From: Candidatus Iainarchaeum sp.
Lineage (GTDB): Archaea > Iainarchaeota > Iainarchaeia > Iainarchaeales > JAFCCW01
Direction of reading: 5' to 3'
Assembly: GCA_017609985.1 (NCBI GenBank)
Contig: JAFCCW010000002.1
Location: forward strand, 590 to 64,589
Length of the DNA stretch: 64,000 nt
In this document: positions 35,001-46,300 of the stretch, in pieces
Position numbering within the stretch: the stretch's first letter is position 1
Layout: each line of letters starts with the position of its first letter
Translations under genes and position numbers: made by a program
The notes under the pieces: generated by a model
The model's input: only the letters and a program-made list of their open reading frames with translations
Told to the model about the DNA's origin: nothing
The model's database searches: none

Positions 35001-38000
35001 ATAGTCTGCTTTGTTTCTGTTCCAGGACTTGCTTTCTTGGTCAATAAAATATCTTAGATTTCTTGTTCCGCCAACAGTAACTGTAACAATATTGTCTGAT
35101 TGTCCAAGTGAATCAACTGAGAGCGTGGGGCTGCTATTGCCCATACTTGCCCTTGCTTGTGGAATCGCCTGATTAAATGCCTTGCTGAGATTTTCTGCAG
35201 TTACATTTTTTACATTTCCAAAACTAGCCTTTGTCACATTCGCTTGTCCTTGTCCATCATCTTTGTCGCCTAACCAGCCTAACAATGCCCAGATTAGCCC
35301 TCTTTGGAATCCGTCTTTTAGTGCGTCTGACCAGCTTCTTGTGTCTATTGTGACTCCTGTTACTCCCTTTGAATAGCATCTGTTGTGTAACTCTGCTACA
35401 TCATAACCGTTTTCTCCGTTGTCTTGTGGGAACACATCGTACTCATACTTGCTTAGTTCAATGCAGGAATCGCTTGGAGTAACAACTCTTACCATATCAA
35501 TTAACTGCATTTTCTTCTGGTCCTGTCCCTTGGCTCTGACATATATTGGGTATTGGCCTGGCATGTCTTCTGCTGTAACAGTTATTTTTTCGCTTCCGCT
35601 TCCTTCAAGTGAAAATTCTGTTTCGCTAAGTGTCAAATCTGATTCTATTTCAAAGCTTGTTGTTCCACCGCACTCGTGTGTTTCAATCTCAAACTCTCCT
35701 GTCTCGCCTTGTTTGATTTCAATTATATCATCTGATACAGAGATGCATTCTCTCAGGTTGACTGCTGAAATTTCAAACTCTAGTTCTGTTGAAAGTTTCT
35801 GCATTTCTCCTCCTGTTGGATTGCTTGCTTGGAATATTATCTTTCCGTTTGCTAGCCCGTTAACCTGTGGGTCTGGAGTGAAAGTTAACACTGAGCCCTT
35901 GCTGTCTTCTGCTTCAAACACTGGTTCAAATACACGATAGTATCCTGGTCTTAATTCTTTTGTTAGCTCACCCATCTTTAATCCAATTCTTCCAAGATGA
36001 TTGCTTTCCCATTCAATCTTTGCTTCAAGATTGTGGAGGGGGATTGGCTGGCCTCCAATAGTGCAGTTGTTTTGCACATCGAACGAGAGCTGAACAGGGT
36101 TTCCTTCAGTCATTGCTCTCCAGCTTGATTTTGTAACTTCAAGGCAGGCTGGGTCATCAACACTTCCTCCAATGTTCACGGAAACTTTAACTGGCACTTC
36201 GTATAACCATGTGTTGTCTCTTGTTCCAACCTCAATTAATAGCTTTCCTTCAACTGTCTTTCCTTCAAGTTGTCTTGAAGCAAATTCGCTTGTGTAAATT
36301 CTTGCAAGAAGTTCTCTTTTTTCTTCTTCTTCAATGTTTCCCCCAGTGTATGTATTAATCCAGTCATTTGCCTGAGACAAGTCAATTAGCTCATCAAAGT
36401 CGCCTTGGAATTCAAGGCTGTAAATTGTCAAATCATATGGTACAAGGTTTTCAATTGAGAACAGTTTTTCATCAACTTTTTTGGTTGTGACATTAACTGA
36501 GAAACCAATTGTATCTGGCTCTATTGAAATTATTTCGTCTGAAACAACAAGTTCGTATCTAAGCACTTTGTAGCCTGCTTTTTCAACTACTATGTAGAGT
36601 TTTTCTCCAGGTTGTTGTGCTGGCACGCTTAACACTGCTTTGCCCATTGAATTGCTTCTCTTTTCTGCAATTCTGTCTCCAAACCTGTCTTCAATGGATA
36701 CAAGCGCGTCTGCTATTTCTATTCCCTTTCCTTTTTCCTTGACTGTGACAGTTATCTCTTTTTCAATTCCTGCAACAAGTTTTTCTGGTTTTACTTCTAT
36801 TTCAAACTCTTTGCCTGCAACTGTGTTAATCAAAATTGTCTTGGAGTAAACAACCTGCAAATCACTCTTTGCCTGAATTGTGAGTGCCGAGCTTGCTTCT
36901 TCCTGTGGGATAAACTTGAATCTTCCGGAGAAAGAAGTTTTTGGTTCAAAATCCCCTATTTCAATCCAGCTACTTTCATATCCTGCCACGTTTCCGGAAA
37001 CAGGGTCTGCTTCTGCTTTTGTCACTGAATAGTTTCCTAAAAGTATTTTTTCTTCTGGATTTTCAAGCTTCAACAGTGCGTTTGGGTAACCATAAACTGG
37101 CAAATCACTGTTGTTAAGCACTGTGAATCTTAACTCATATCTTCTGAAAATTTCTGCTTCATATGAATCTGTAATTGAAGAAACAAGGTCTTCATCCAAG
37201 TCAATAATGCTTAGAGCATAGCAGAACTTGTCATCGCACACTTCTTTTATTCCAATTTCTAAATATTTTATGTTAGTGTTTGCATAGAGTGAATGTTTTG
37301 CTGAAGTCATCTCTGCTTCTCCAAGCTCGTTGTCAACTGGTGCTCGCTCCCAGATGTTTCCGTTTTTTATAGCCCAGCTTCTGTAATGTAACTCGAGCTT
37401 GTCGTTGATTGAAGCTGTTTTTCTGACTGTGAATTCTGCTTCAACCTGTGTTACTCCGCTTGTAATTGAGTCTCCTGTTAACTCTACATTAATCCATTTA
37501 GCTGAACCCTCGGTCACGTGCTCTATGTCTTGAGAATAATTATTTGGAGGGTTGAACGAGGTGCTTTTTACAATAATCTTGCTTCCTGGCACATTAACTT
37601 TTGTCAGGAAGAATTGTTCTCGCTCCATTGCATTCTTGCTTCCTGCTCTTACATGGAATCCAAGTCCAGTGTAATTGTCTCCAGAGCCTGTTTCAGGAAC
37701 CTGCAATTCAAACTTTGCAATATATTCTTCGTCTGGAGCAACAACTGTTACATTGTTTCCTTGCTTGTCAACTATTCCCACGAGTTTTAGCTCTGGTTTT
37801 CCAGAAATAATTCTTGGAATCATTTTTACATAAATTTCCTGAGTAGTGTTTGGAAGCACATCATATTCTTTTGAAGTAAAAGTTGCATAGCCATCTTTTC
37901 TTACAACAAAGTAAATACTCTTGTCTGCTTTTGAAGTGTATTCTTTGACACTGTTGCCGTCAGTAGTTGTTGTTCCAATTCTTTCCCCGCTGTCTGCATT

Positions 38001-39635
38001 GTAGAAAGTTACTGTTGTTACTCCAATTGGTTCTTTTGCACTATCTCTTGCGATAATCTTTATTGTTCCATCAGGAATAATCAGTGTTACTGTCAAAAGC
38101 TGCGGGTCATCTGACTTAGCAATGAACTTGATTGGGTCGCTCCAGTTAGAGTAGCTTCCCTTGAAAGCGAATGCCTTGTAGTCTCCGTTTTCAACTCCTC
38201 TGAATCTTGCTATTCCGTTGAGGTCAGTTGTTTTTGGAATCATTCCAAGAATAACAAATTCGTCTTCGTCGTAGAGATTAACTGTTGCATTCTTGACTGG
38301 CTCTCCGTCCTCGTCAATTACCAGCACGTTAAGGTCTGCTCCGCATAATCCTGGAGCAAATCTTGTCAGATAAATTGTGTAAATTGTTCCCCCTATGTCA
38401 AGCCCTGTTCTTGTGTTCATGCAGTAGTCTTCGTGGTCAGCACTAATCCAGAACGGCCCCTCTTCTGTCAGTGAAAATTCAACATATCCGTTTGAGTCAG
38501 TGAAAGCTGGTGCTTCTACTGCTTCGTCGTCTTTTCTCAGAATAATCATTGCATTGTCTATTTCGTCACTGCTAGTGCTGTCTCTTACTTTTATTTTTAC
38601 TTTTCCAAGAATTGTTTCGCTGACAACAACTTCCACAAGCTCTTCTGTTCCTGCTTCCAGAATAATTGTTCCTGATTCTGCAGAAGAATAACTATTGGAA
38701 GAGCCAACATTAATCGTGTAGTATCCTGCGTCAACGTTACTGAAGAGAACTATTCCTGTTGAAGTATCCTTTGTTCTGTAGGTTGCTCCAGAGTCTGCGA
38801 GGGAGAGAGTAACGTAAACATGCTCGTCAAGGAATTCCTGTCTGTCTGCATCAGTAAAAATCTTTACTCTGATGCTTCCTGTTTCTGCATCTGGATCCTC
38901 GCTTTTAAGATAGAGGGTAATCCTGTTTGAACCAGAGTTAAGTCTTCCGCCTTCTCTTAATTCATATCTGTCTGTCTGTGACCAAAGCTGTGTAATTTTG
39001 AGTCCCTGGCATTCGCTTGAAACCCTGACACTGAATCCGCCGGAAACAGGATTACTTACTGTTGGTGCAATAGTATTTGAAGAGTAAGTGCAGGCAAGCA
39101 CTATATTAACTGGGTCATTTACTGGGCTTCCGTACTCGTCAACAAAGTTAACTGTAACATCGTCATATTCGACTGGTTCAAGAGATTCTTCCAGAACTGC
39201 CGTGAATTCATAGTCTGCGCGGTCAATAATAAAACTGTCTGAAAAGTCTTCGTAACCATCTTTTTCAATGCTTATGCTTACGCTGTCTCCAACTTTTGCA
39301 TCTATGCCGTCAGTTATTGCATCAAGTCCTTTTGCAAGAACTGTCTTTTCTTCGCCTTCGCCAATAACATAGCTTACGCGTGTATTTGGCAAAGCATCTT
39401 TGTTCTCGTCTTCAACCGCAACCGTGAAAACAGCTGCTTGTTGAAAAATAAATGGAAGCACGAGGAAAAATATTCCAAGAATTATTAAAATAAAAAGCAG
39501 GATAAACAGGATAAAAGATGGAAAAACACGGTCTATTGGGTCAATTACTTTGTAAATCGGGATATATTGGTCAATCTTGTCAAGAAACTGATAATATCTG
39601 TCTTCAAGACTGTGATAAATGTCCTCAAGGCTCAT
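32088..39635 (-). CDS. giant membrane-anchored surface protein, paralog GP2515
   Basis: 2515-codon ORF. N-terminus: MSLEDIYHSLEDRYYQFLDKIDQYIPIYKVIDPIDRVFPSFILF plus a TM helix. Carboxypeptidase-regulatory-like repeats follow (LNVLVIDEDGEPVKNATVNLYDEDE...NGDYKAFAFKGSY). The central Gly-rich segment is GGGDSGSILGGGSGGGLLGGLGGAFMGLG. The C-terminal module has VYCDATQFSISL and SPFYYLPFNGRIGIDSDNGRQRYGINY. Confidence 0.9.
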   Translation of the reverse strand: MSLEDIYHSLEDRYYQFLDKIDQYIPIYKVIDPIDRVFPSFILFILLFILIILGIFFLVLPFIFQQAAVFTVAVEDENKDALPNTRVSYVIGEGEEKTVLAKGLDAITDGIDAKVGDSVSISIEKDGYEDFSDSFIIDRADYEFTAVLEESLEPVEYDDVTVNFVDEYGSPVNDPVNIVLACTYSSNTIAPTVSNPVSGGFSVRVSSECQGLKITQLWSQTDRYELREGGRLNSGSNRITLYLKSEDPDAETGSIRVKIFTDADRQEFLDEHVYVTLSLADSGATYRTKDTSTGIVLFSNVDAGYYTINVGSSNSYSSAESGTIILEAGTEELVEVVVSETILGKVKIKVRDSTSSDEIDNAMIILRKDDEAVEAPAFTDSNGYVEFSLTEEGPFWISADHEDYCMNTRTGLDIGGTIYTIYLTRFAPGLCGADLNVLVIDEDGEPVKNATVNLYDEDEFVILGMIPKTTDLNGIARFRGVENGDYKAFAFKGSYSNWSDPIKFIAKSDDPQLLTVTLIIPDGTIKIIARDSAKEPIGVTTVTFYNADSGERIGTTTTDGNSVKEYTSKADKSIYFVVRKDGYATFTSKEYDVLPNTTQEIYVKMIPRIISGKPELKLVGIVDKQGNNVTVVAPDEEYIAKFELQVPETGSGDNYTGLGFHVRAGSKNAMEREQFFLTKVNVPGSKIIVKSTSFNPPNNYSQDIEHVTEGSAKWINVELTGDSITSGVTQVEAEFTVRKTASINDKLELHYRSWAIKNGNIWERAPVDNELGEAEMTSAKHSLYANTNIKYLEIGIKEVCDDKFCYALSIIDLDEDLVSSITDSYEAEIFRRYELRFTVLNNSDLPVYGYPNALLKLENPEEKILLGNYSVTKAEADPVSGNVAGYESSWIEIGDFEPKTSFSGRFKFIPQEEASSALTIQAKSDLQVVYSKTILINTVAGKEFEIEVKPEKLVAGIEKEITVTVKEKGKGIEIADALVSIEDRFGDRIAEKRSNSMGKAVLSVPAQQPGEKLYIVVEKAGYKVLRYELVVSDEIISIEPDTIGFSVNVTTKKVDEKLFSIENLVPYDLTIYSLEFQGDFDELIDLSQANDWINTYTGGNIEEEEKRELLARIYTSEFASRQLEGKTVEGKLLIEVGTRDNTWLYEVPVKVSVNIGGSVDDPACLEVTKSSWRAMTEGNPVQLSFDVQNNCTIGGQPIPLHNLEAKIEWESNHLGRIGLKMGELTKELRPGYYRVFEPVFEAEDSKGSVLTFTPDPQVNGLANGKIIFQASNPTGGEMQKLSTELEFEISAVNLRECISVSDDIIEIKQGETGEFEIETHECGGTTSFEIESDLTLSETEFSLEGSGSEKITVTAEDMPGQYPIYVRAKGQDQKKMQLIDMVRVVTPSDSCIELSKYEYDVFPQDNGENGYDVAELHNRCYSKGVTGVTIDTRSWSDALKDGFQRGLIWALLGWLGDKDDGQGQANVTKASFGNVKNVTAENLSKAFNQAIPQARASMGNSSPTLSVDSLGQSDNIVTVTVGGTRNLRYFIDQESKSWNRNKADYAQLQGTQLTLINNLENEVQNILLGMEGTPVAGAEVAPSSGVGLPNPLEKEKSKIGEPCANHDNCESGKCDYTTKKCVNTLQAKALGEIPTTAYLNFFGGGDSGSILGGGSGGGLLGGLGGAFMGLGSTILGEPDPWTWGLWGVLYHATDAYSKQGVIAMERPVEAADLSIEEMIVLKESGLESVEDEDISVRDLEQYSVSAAKENYVGIQIGGEASGDMSLKERSREIAFINETGITQDNPSKPLFRIFKVAGERLDYKRSYGKTLPKELAIDEDKTEDFKEKFNLQFNSYHAQECGPDTFPCPAVERINCQLGELVGNTGEDAAPKIVFAWDWSEIPEDACDELNKDHVYCDATQFSISLMKKLKKVKDFLDQYGSSLYCPSLGAQFSSESQDLHESELDIGITRMSWSKDGQNVKAVLSIGTNIQGSVDVGYIMELKNSSGNIVDSCTGTAERVSKQSKTVECVLERQGTGSENFVLNARATPNLSTCTSEEHCEDNEAENNSISLNLNFSSSGITQCEPFKLSRLQDFVEASEHEGVSFPSGTREQVLSYANGFSALLVRDGYSDDLRHDFHEFSINNSFFGTPTWYTDGEEGIGKYFDSENRFSFSYPLVNQGAYAEAGVYEAKIEIEFDEGVSDWKLFNGGEMQAKITVNLFRKKAPKPDSPFYYLPFNGRIGIDSDNGRQRYGINYVQEAQEPIEINSDPMQRVITSEIIGSNPAAGKLLGGFEDSFTKLNNEKRGIVLDVRRLITDTSAAETRLTLSPSYATPVMMNVQHEKAEDAFGFYSIDVGGEPQTGSSRGLLPWSGVGVQCRDFFDQPIVDAFDDRYDMHAIDAECALIGGTSLVSFGLEWCNPVRSGNIYVESVVFTPQGKSSSMKRIAGSDSMTLITDETVGENILLNGVRGQAFNYAGGDEINVERILELVKQGKVCVSGYDNSMHSMFFWNPKPVLESMQDNVDNALNNCITGK

Positions 39636-39744
39636 GCAACCACTTCTAATTAATTAATGAATTTCTAAATTTAGCTATATGTTTATGTTTTCTTTTATAT
39701 TAATACTTTTCCCTTTAATAATGTTTCTCAGGCGATTTAGGGGT

Positions 39745-40200
39745 TTAAGCAAGAAGGAGTCCCTGAGCATAGTCTGCTATGAAAGGGCTTATGACTGAAA
39801 GAAGTATTGCTATTGTCATCAGCAAAATTTCTTTTTTGAAAGAGCTTGCAAGATTTCCCTCTCCTTTCAGGTCCTTTAATGCTTTTATTCCGAGCAATGT
39901 TCCTGCATATGCTGCAACAAAAAATTGTGCTGCAAAAATCAATGAAAAAATATTTTGCGAAACAAGAATTCTTTGAGATAGTCCAACTGAAAGCAAAAGC
40001 AATGGAGTTAAAAATCCAAAGAAAAGCACTGCAAAAATAAATACTCCGAGTGTTGCAATAATCGAATCAGAAACACTGGTCATTGAAATGAAGCTGGTTT
40101 CCAGTCCGAGAAAATAGGATACAGCCAACCCCATTATGTAGAATCCTGCTGAGAGCAGCATTACTGCTTTTACTTCTCCTATTTTATTATTTTCTGTCAT
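39745..40200 (-). CDS. small polytopic membrane protein (151 aa, ~4 TM) between two giant genes
   Basis: Hydrophobic ORF co-oriented with the giant genes. No family recognised. Confidence 0.6.
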   Translation of the reverse strand: MTENNKIGEVKAVMLLSAGFYIMGLAVSYFLGLETSFISMTSVSDSIIATLGVFIFAVLFFGFLTPLLLLSVGLSQRILVSQNIFSLIFAAQFFVAAYAGTLLGIKALKDLKGEGNLASSFKKEILLMTIAILLSVISPFIADYAQGLLLA

Positions 40201-40316
40201 GATAACACGCTGAGAAGAATCATTTATATTTTACTTATGTTTTGGAGGTGAATTTATTGATTAATTTTAGTTTATTGATTGTTTTATTTTTTACTGACTT
40301 TGACTTATCTTGTTTT

Positions 40317-43300
40317 TCATTCTTCTTCTTTTTTTGGTTCGACTTCTTCTGCTAACTCTTCAGCTGTTTTTCCAATGTTTTCAAAATCAAGGTTTTCTCT
40401 TGCCCAAACAAGACTTATTCTTGAAGATGATGTGTCCTTTATGCACACTCTTCTGTCCTTTACCATATCCAAGTAGGTTTTTATTGACTGGTATTTTGTT
40501 GAATCCTTTATCTTCAAGCTTGTGTCTCCTTTTCTATAACCTGGAGTGAACTCTTTTGGTACTGGCATCTTGCCCATCTGCCTTGCAGTAATGTTTGACT
40601 TTCCCTGCGTGCAGTAAACTGAAAGCAAATACTCTTTGTTGTATGGAAGCAGTGCAACTGTGTTGTAGGTTTGTATTCCTTCAATTTCTTTTACAAATCC
40701 ATAATGGCTTTCTCCAATTTCTTCACAAATGTTTGCTGCTTCTTTTTGTGAAACAAGCTTATCAGTGATTGTGTCACTTGCTGACTTCCATTCAAATAAG
40801 TGTGCTGAACCATAACTTGGCTCTTTTGATGCAGCATCCAAAATTTCGTAAAGCAGTCCCTCGCTTCCAGTTTCTTCTTCTCCGTATCTGTCAGCTATTT
40901 CTAGCTTGAGTGCAACTGGATAAGATGGATTGTAAGTAATCTGTTTGCTTTCAACATGGAATATCATGCCTGAATTAGCATTTGCATAGTCTTTGTTGAC
41001 TTCTCCTAGATAGTTTGCAAGAGCTCCTGTTCCTTTGAATACAGCTTGTTTTTCTGCTTCTGAAGAGTAATTCAATAGCATTTCACTTATGTCTGCTTCT
41101 GAGCTTACAGCAACACCATATCCTTGTCTTGTGCCGTCTGCTAAACCAAGCTTTCCGTCAAAAGGCATCTTGAAGAAGATGTTCTTTGCATAAGCTGAAT
41201 CAATTTCTGAAAGAGCCTGCTCTCTTGAAAGATTAATTTCTATCTCTCTGTTTTCCCAGTTGTAGTTTACCTTAACTGAGTATTTTCCTGCTGAGTGCTT
41301 TCCAGTATTTTTCTCATCAACACTGAAATCCCAGTTTGTGACTCCGCCAACAAGCAATCTTTCTGCAAATCCAGTGCTGTCAAAGTCTGACTTGAAGTCT
41401 TCACTGAAACCGTCTTCCATCAAATAAGATTCAAATGAGATATCCTGATAGTAAACTTTTTCAAGCTCTCCTGTGTCAAGTCCCTGCCTGTTCTTTCCGT
41501 TCTTGAGAATAATCTCTATTTCCCCATCAGTCATTTCTTCTTTTTCTCTTATTCCGTTCACAAACCTGATGTTCTTGAGCAGGGTGTTCATGAATTCTCC
41601 GGTTGCAGTAATCTTGGTTGAACCATTCTTTTCAAGCAATCCATCAATATAGCATGTTTCAATATCTGTTTCACAGCTTCCAATGCTTTTGTCTGCTTTG
41701 ATTCTCTTCATTGCTGATTCTAACTGGTTGTGGAAGTTCTTCCATTCTCCGTAAGCCATTACATAGCCGATTCCTTCAACTTCCTTTGCACCCATTTTGT
41801 AGAGCTTTGGTTCGCTGTTATAAAATTTCTCAGTATCTGAATTCTTTTCAACAACTGCAACAATATTCTTTGCTTTTCCTCTTTCCTCTAGCTTGCCAAA
41901 CACTTGTGACATCTGAGTAATTATTGTTTTTATGTCTGAGCTTCCCTCGGGAATATCAATAATTTCTGCAAGACTCTTTGCAGTCTCATAGTCTTCAATA
42001 TTGAGTTTTTCTCCCTCCAGCACTCCGCTCTCGCTTTCAAAGAACACCAGAGTCTTGTTGTTCTTGTTGTCAAATATCTCAAACTGTTCCTTTGCCCATC
42101 TGTAAATATTCTCTGTGTTTTTGTAATCATCAAGGCAGCTGTCTTCGCTTTCATCTCCTTTTTCACATAATGCTCTCTTCAGCATCTTTGCGTGCTCTGT
42201 GTCTTTTATAACTGAGTCAATCTTTTCAATATAGGTTTTGATTGAGTCAACTTTTTTGTCAAGTGTCAGGGTAAACTGTGCTGCATCACAAAAGTTCGTT
42301 GCTCCTTCTTCTTCAATAAATCCTTCTTTTGGTTCATCACAAGCACTTTTTATAATATTGGATGAATCCCAGTCAAATAATAGTCTGTCAAAGCCATATT
42401 CATTGAATGCTCCTGTTCCAGTTTTTCCTCCTTCTCCGCAGTCAAAGGAAGCTGTTCCAATGCTTGTTTGAATTTGTCTCTGGCAGTCTCTCCACATTTT
42501 GTTAATCTGCTCGTCAGTGAATCCCTCGTTTGCAGCTTCCTGTGAAAACACGTCTTTTTCAAGATTCTTCTCAACACATTCTGCAATTAAGTCTCTTTCC
42601 TTCTGTGAATAGTATGGCTCGTCTTCACAGGTTTTCAAAAAGTCTGCATCAACCTGTGTCAAGTCAATTCCCTCGTTTAACACCCAAACTTTTACTGGAA
42701 TATTAACGCGTTGTGTTCCAACATTGTGTGTTGCTCTTGTGAGGTCTGATGACAGTCTTGTTTCAATTCTTGCACACATCATTGTCATGCTACTTCTGTC
42801 AATAGTCAGCTTTACATTGTGTCCATTGTCAATAACTGAAAATCCTAACATTACTCCACTTTTTTCATGAGTCCAGGTTACTGGTCTCAGGTTTGCAAGC
42901 TTGTCTAATGCTCCACAGAAATTTGGTGAAATTTTCATAACCTTGTTTGGGGTTGGAATAAACTCGTAGTCTCCGATTTCAAATTCTGTGTCTGGCACAA
43001 AACCCCATTTGTCTTCTTCTCCAAAGCCTTTTGCCATCCAGTACTCTACAACATTCAGTGCTCCTGTGTCAATGCAGTCCTGGAATTGAGTAATTGCTGG
43101 ATTGCCCCCTTCATATGGTTCAAGATATGGTCCTGCAAGGAACAAGTCCTCTATAACCACAGGAATATTTGTTGTGTTCTTTTGCTTGAAAGAATCATAA
43201 TAATTTACTTTTGCTGTTCCTCTTGCCTGAACTCTAAAATAAGCTTCTTGTGCATAAGCTCTTAGCTGTCCAATCTGAGTAAATGTTTTTCCCTTAAGCT

Positions 43301-46300
43301 GTAATGCTGCTCTTTCCCTGTAATCAATGTTTGGCTTTATTTCAAGTTCTACAACCTGCACTATTCCTCCGCCTGGAGCTGCCTGCCTGCTTTCTCCAGC
43401 AAACCATATTTGGTCAACAAGCTTACAGGTTCCCTCTGCATCGTATTTTGCCGGAACAGACGCATTTAAACTGCTTCTCTCCTTTAATACGGCTTGCTTT
43501 TCTGCCTCGCTTGTTAATTCTCCATAATTCTTTCCAAATAGTTTTTGAGCAATTCCATCCAGTTCTCCTCCGCCGGCTGCATTAGCTGTTGTTTCCCTCT
43601 GAGGTTCTGGCAAGTCTGGCAGTCCTGGGCAGTCAATTGAAAGAGTTTGAGCATTATCCTGCAAGTGCACTCCAGTGTCATAACAGTAGTTGTAAACCTT
43701 GACTCTTAATGGTCTTCCAATTATGTCTGTTAATTTTAATTTGCTTGGAGGCACAATCTTTATGCAGTCCTTGTCCATAAAGCCCTGAGTTGTAATCATC
43801 ACATTTATTTCTCTGACTTTTTTGTGCTTTTCCTCGCTTCCTGCAAGTCTTGCTTTTACTTCTACAGAAAACCTGCCCATTCTGTATCCTGGGATAAGAG
43901 TGATGTTTTCTCCATCGCCAGAGGCAAGTTCTATTTCTTCTTTGTCTGAGTTAAGATAAGGTCCTGTTTCAAGCTTTATTTCAACATCTTTTCCGCAATC
44001 GTTTTCAATGCTTATCATCTGCTGGCCGTACTGCCATTGATTGTAGTAAGAGCTGTCAAATTGGTTTAAAAATCCTGGCCCCATACTGTATGCTGGATTT
44101 GGATAACTTCCATAAGCCATTCCTGACTGATAAGCTGTTGTTCCAGTAGAACTTCCTCCAAAAGGATAAGGTGTTGTCCAGCCATAAGCATTGCTTGTTG
44201 ACCCAGTCATGTTTCTTGGGTCCTGGTTTGCAAGCAACAGAGTATCCTCGCTTAATTTGTCTGAAAATCCAGCCCAAGGGCTTGAATTAGTGTAATAATT
44301 TGATGCTCCGTAGCTTCCACCATAAACATTTGGATTATATCCCAGCTGTGAATACATTCCATAGCCTGTGCTGATTGGTGCTGCAACAAGCTGAATTGGT
44401 TCAGTCATTTTAAACTTCAGGCACTGAGTTAAGTCATTAACTGAAACACTTGCATTAATTTGTCCTGTTAATTCTTCGTTTCCGTTGTCAGTTATATTAA
44501 CTGCTTTAAACACGATGTTCGGGTTTGATTCTCCTGACTCAATATCTTCTTCCGGGTCAAAAGTGAATGTAAATTCTACTTCTCTTCCTGCTTCAATAAA
44601 TTCTGTGAGCGGTCTGGAAGTTTCAGTTATCTTTGTTGAACTTATTCCAAGCTCTGAAGAAGCAACACTGAATTCTCCCAACAGGTTTTCTTCTCCGCTT
44701 TTTTCAATAGCAATTTCAATATTTCTCAAAGGCGTGTTCACTCCGTTTACCTTGCAGTTGTTTCTCAGAGTTGATGTCAAAACCTTTTTCTGTGTGTCTG
44801 TTTCAATGCTCCATTCAAATGGTTCAAACTCAATACAGTTTGGTTCGTCAACTTCTCCGCCCAGCCCGATTCTGACGCTTACCGGCAGTGTAACAATCCA
44901 GTCTTTTTTGAAAACAGGGTTTGTAAGAGTAATCTCAATTACTCCTTCAAGAGTTGTTGTTTCTTCAACAAGCAATCCCTGCCTTGTAAGCGAAACAACT
45001 AATCCCAGGATTTTTTCTTCTGATTCCTCTCCTTCAATTTCTGCGCCCTCAACAGGGTCAAGGTCAATTGTCTGTCCCCTGTAATCTTCTGCCCAGTTAA
45101 ATTCTACTAATCCTTCAAAGTTCTCACTAATTTCAATTTCCTTTATAGTGAAAGGAATTGTTGAAAGATTCTCTGCAAGAATAGGTGTTTCTTTGCTTAA
45201 CACACTGTTAGTATTCAATAACACTGAAAGAAGCGGGGGTGTAAGCAAAACCACGTTCTCCTCGATATTTATCTCAACGCCAGCTGTTGCATAGTCTGAT
45301 TTTTCTGCAATAATTCTGACTACGTCGCCTGAATTCGGAGCCTCTAATTCATAACTATAAACTCCCTCTGAGCTGGTGATTCCCCCGCCAATTCTTTCAC
45401 TGTTCACATACACTGAAACAGTTGCGTTTCCAAGGTCTTCTTCCTCGCTTGAAACATGCACAAGAATTGTGTTGTCAATAAATGGAACAATAATTTTTGG
45501 CAGAATGTCTATTGACATGGTTTTTGGAGCAGGCACATCAACATAGATTTTTTTCTCAAAAACAGTGCTTCCTTCACTGCTTTGAATTTCTACTGAAAGT
45601 TCCTGCATTCCAGCTGTTTTTGTTTTGAACAAGATATTTCCTGAAACAGTTGAACCATTTGCAATAGTGCTTATTCCTGTTTCAAGTTCGTATCCTGAAG
45701 CATTTCCTGAAATTACTTTCCCGCTTGCATCCAGGATACTGTAGTCTTCGAGCTCAAGGCTGTTTGAAGTACTGGAAATCTTTATTTTTGAATTTGTAAA
45801 CACGCTGGAGGAAATGCTTGAAAAATCAAAGTATAGTCTATAGCTCTTGTCAAGTTTTGCATTGTAAGAAGAAATAACTGAAGTAAGTTCTCCAGTGGAC
45901 GTGTCCTGTATTTTGAATTCCTTGCAAAAGCTTGCAGTACAGGAAGAAATTCCTCCAACAGCATAACTCTCTCTTAACAGCTGAGCATAAAATCCCTGCT
46001 TTGTTGCAACTGAGCCAGCAGAACCAAGCTCTGAATCTTGCGGGCTTCTTGCATACTTTGCATTTGAATAAACCCAAGCTCTTCTTCCGATTTTAAGAGT
46101 GCCTGAAATTTCTGCTCCAGCATTAACCTGGAACAAAACATCAATTTCATAATCTCCTGGTTCTGGATTGTTCCATAAAACTTCTGCCCATTTTGCAGAA
46201 CCAGATGTCAGATTCTGTCTGTCCTGAGAATATCCTCCTGGTGGAGAATAACTTGTCCCCCGTGCAGTTGACTTTGCGCTTGAATAAACCTTGTAAATAA

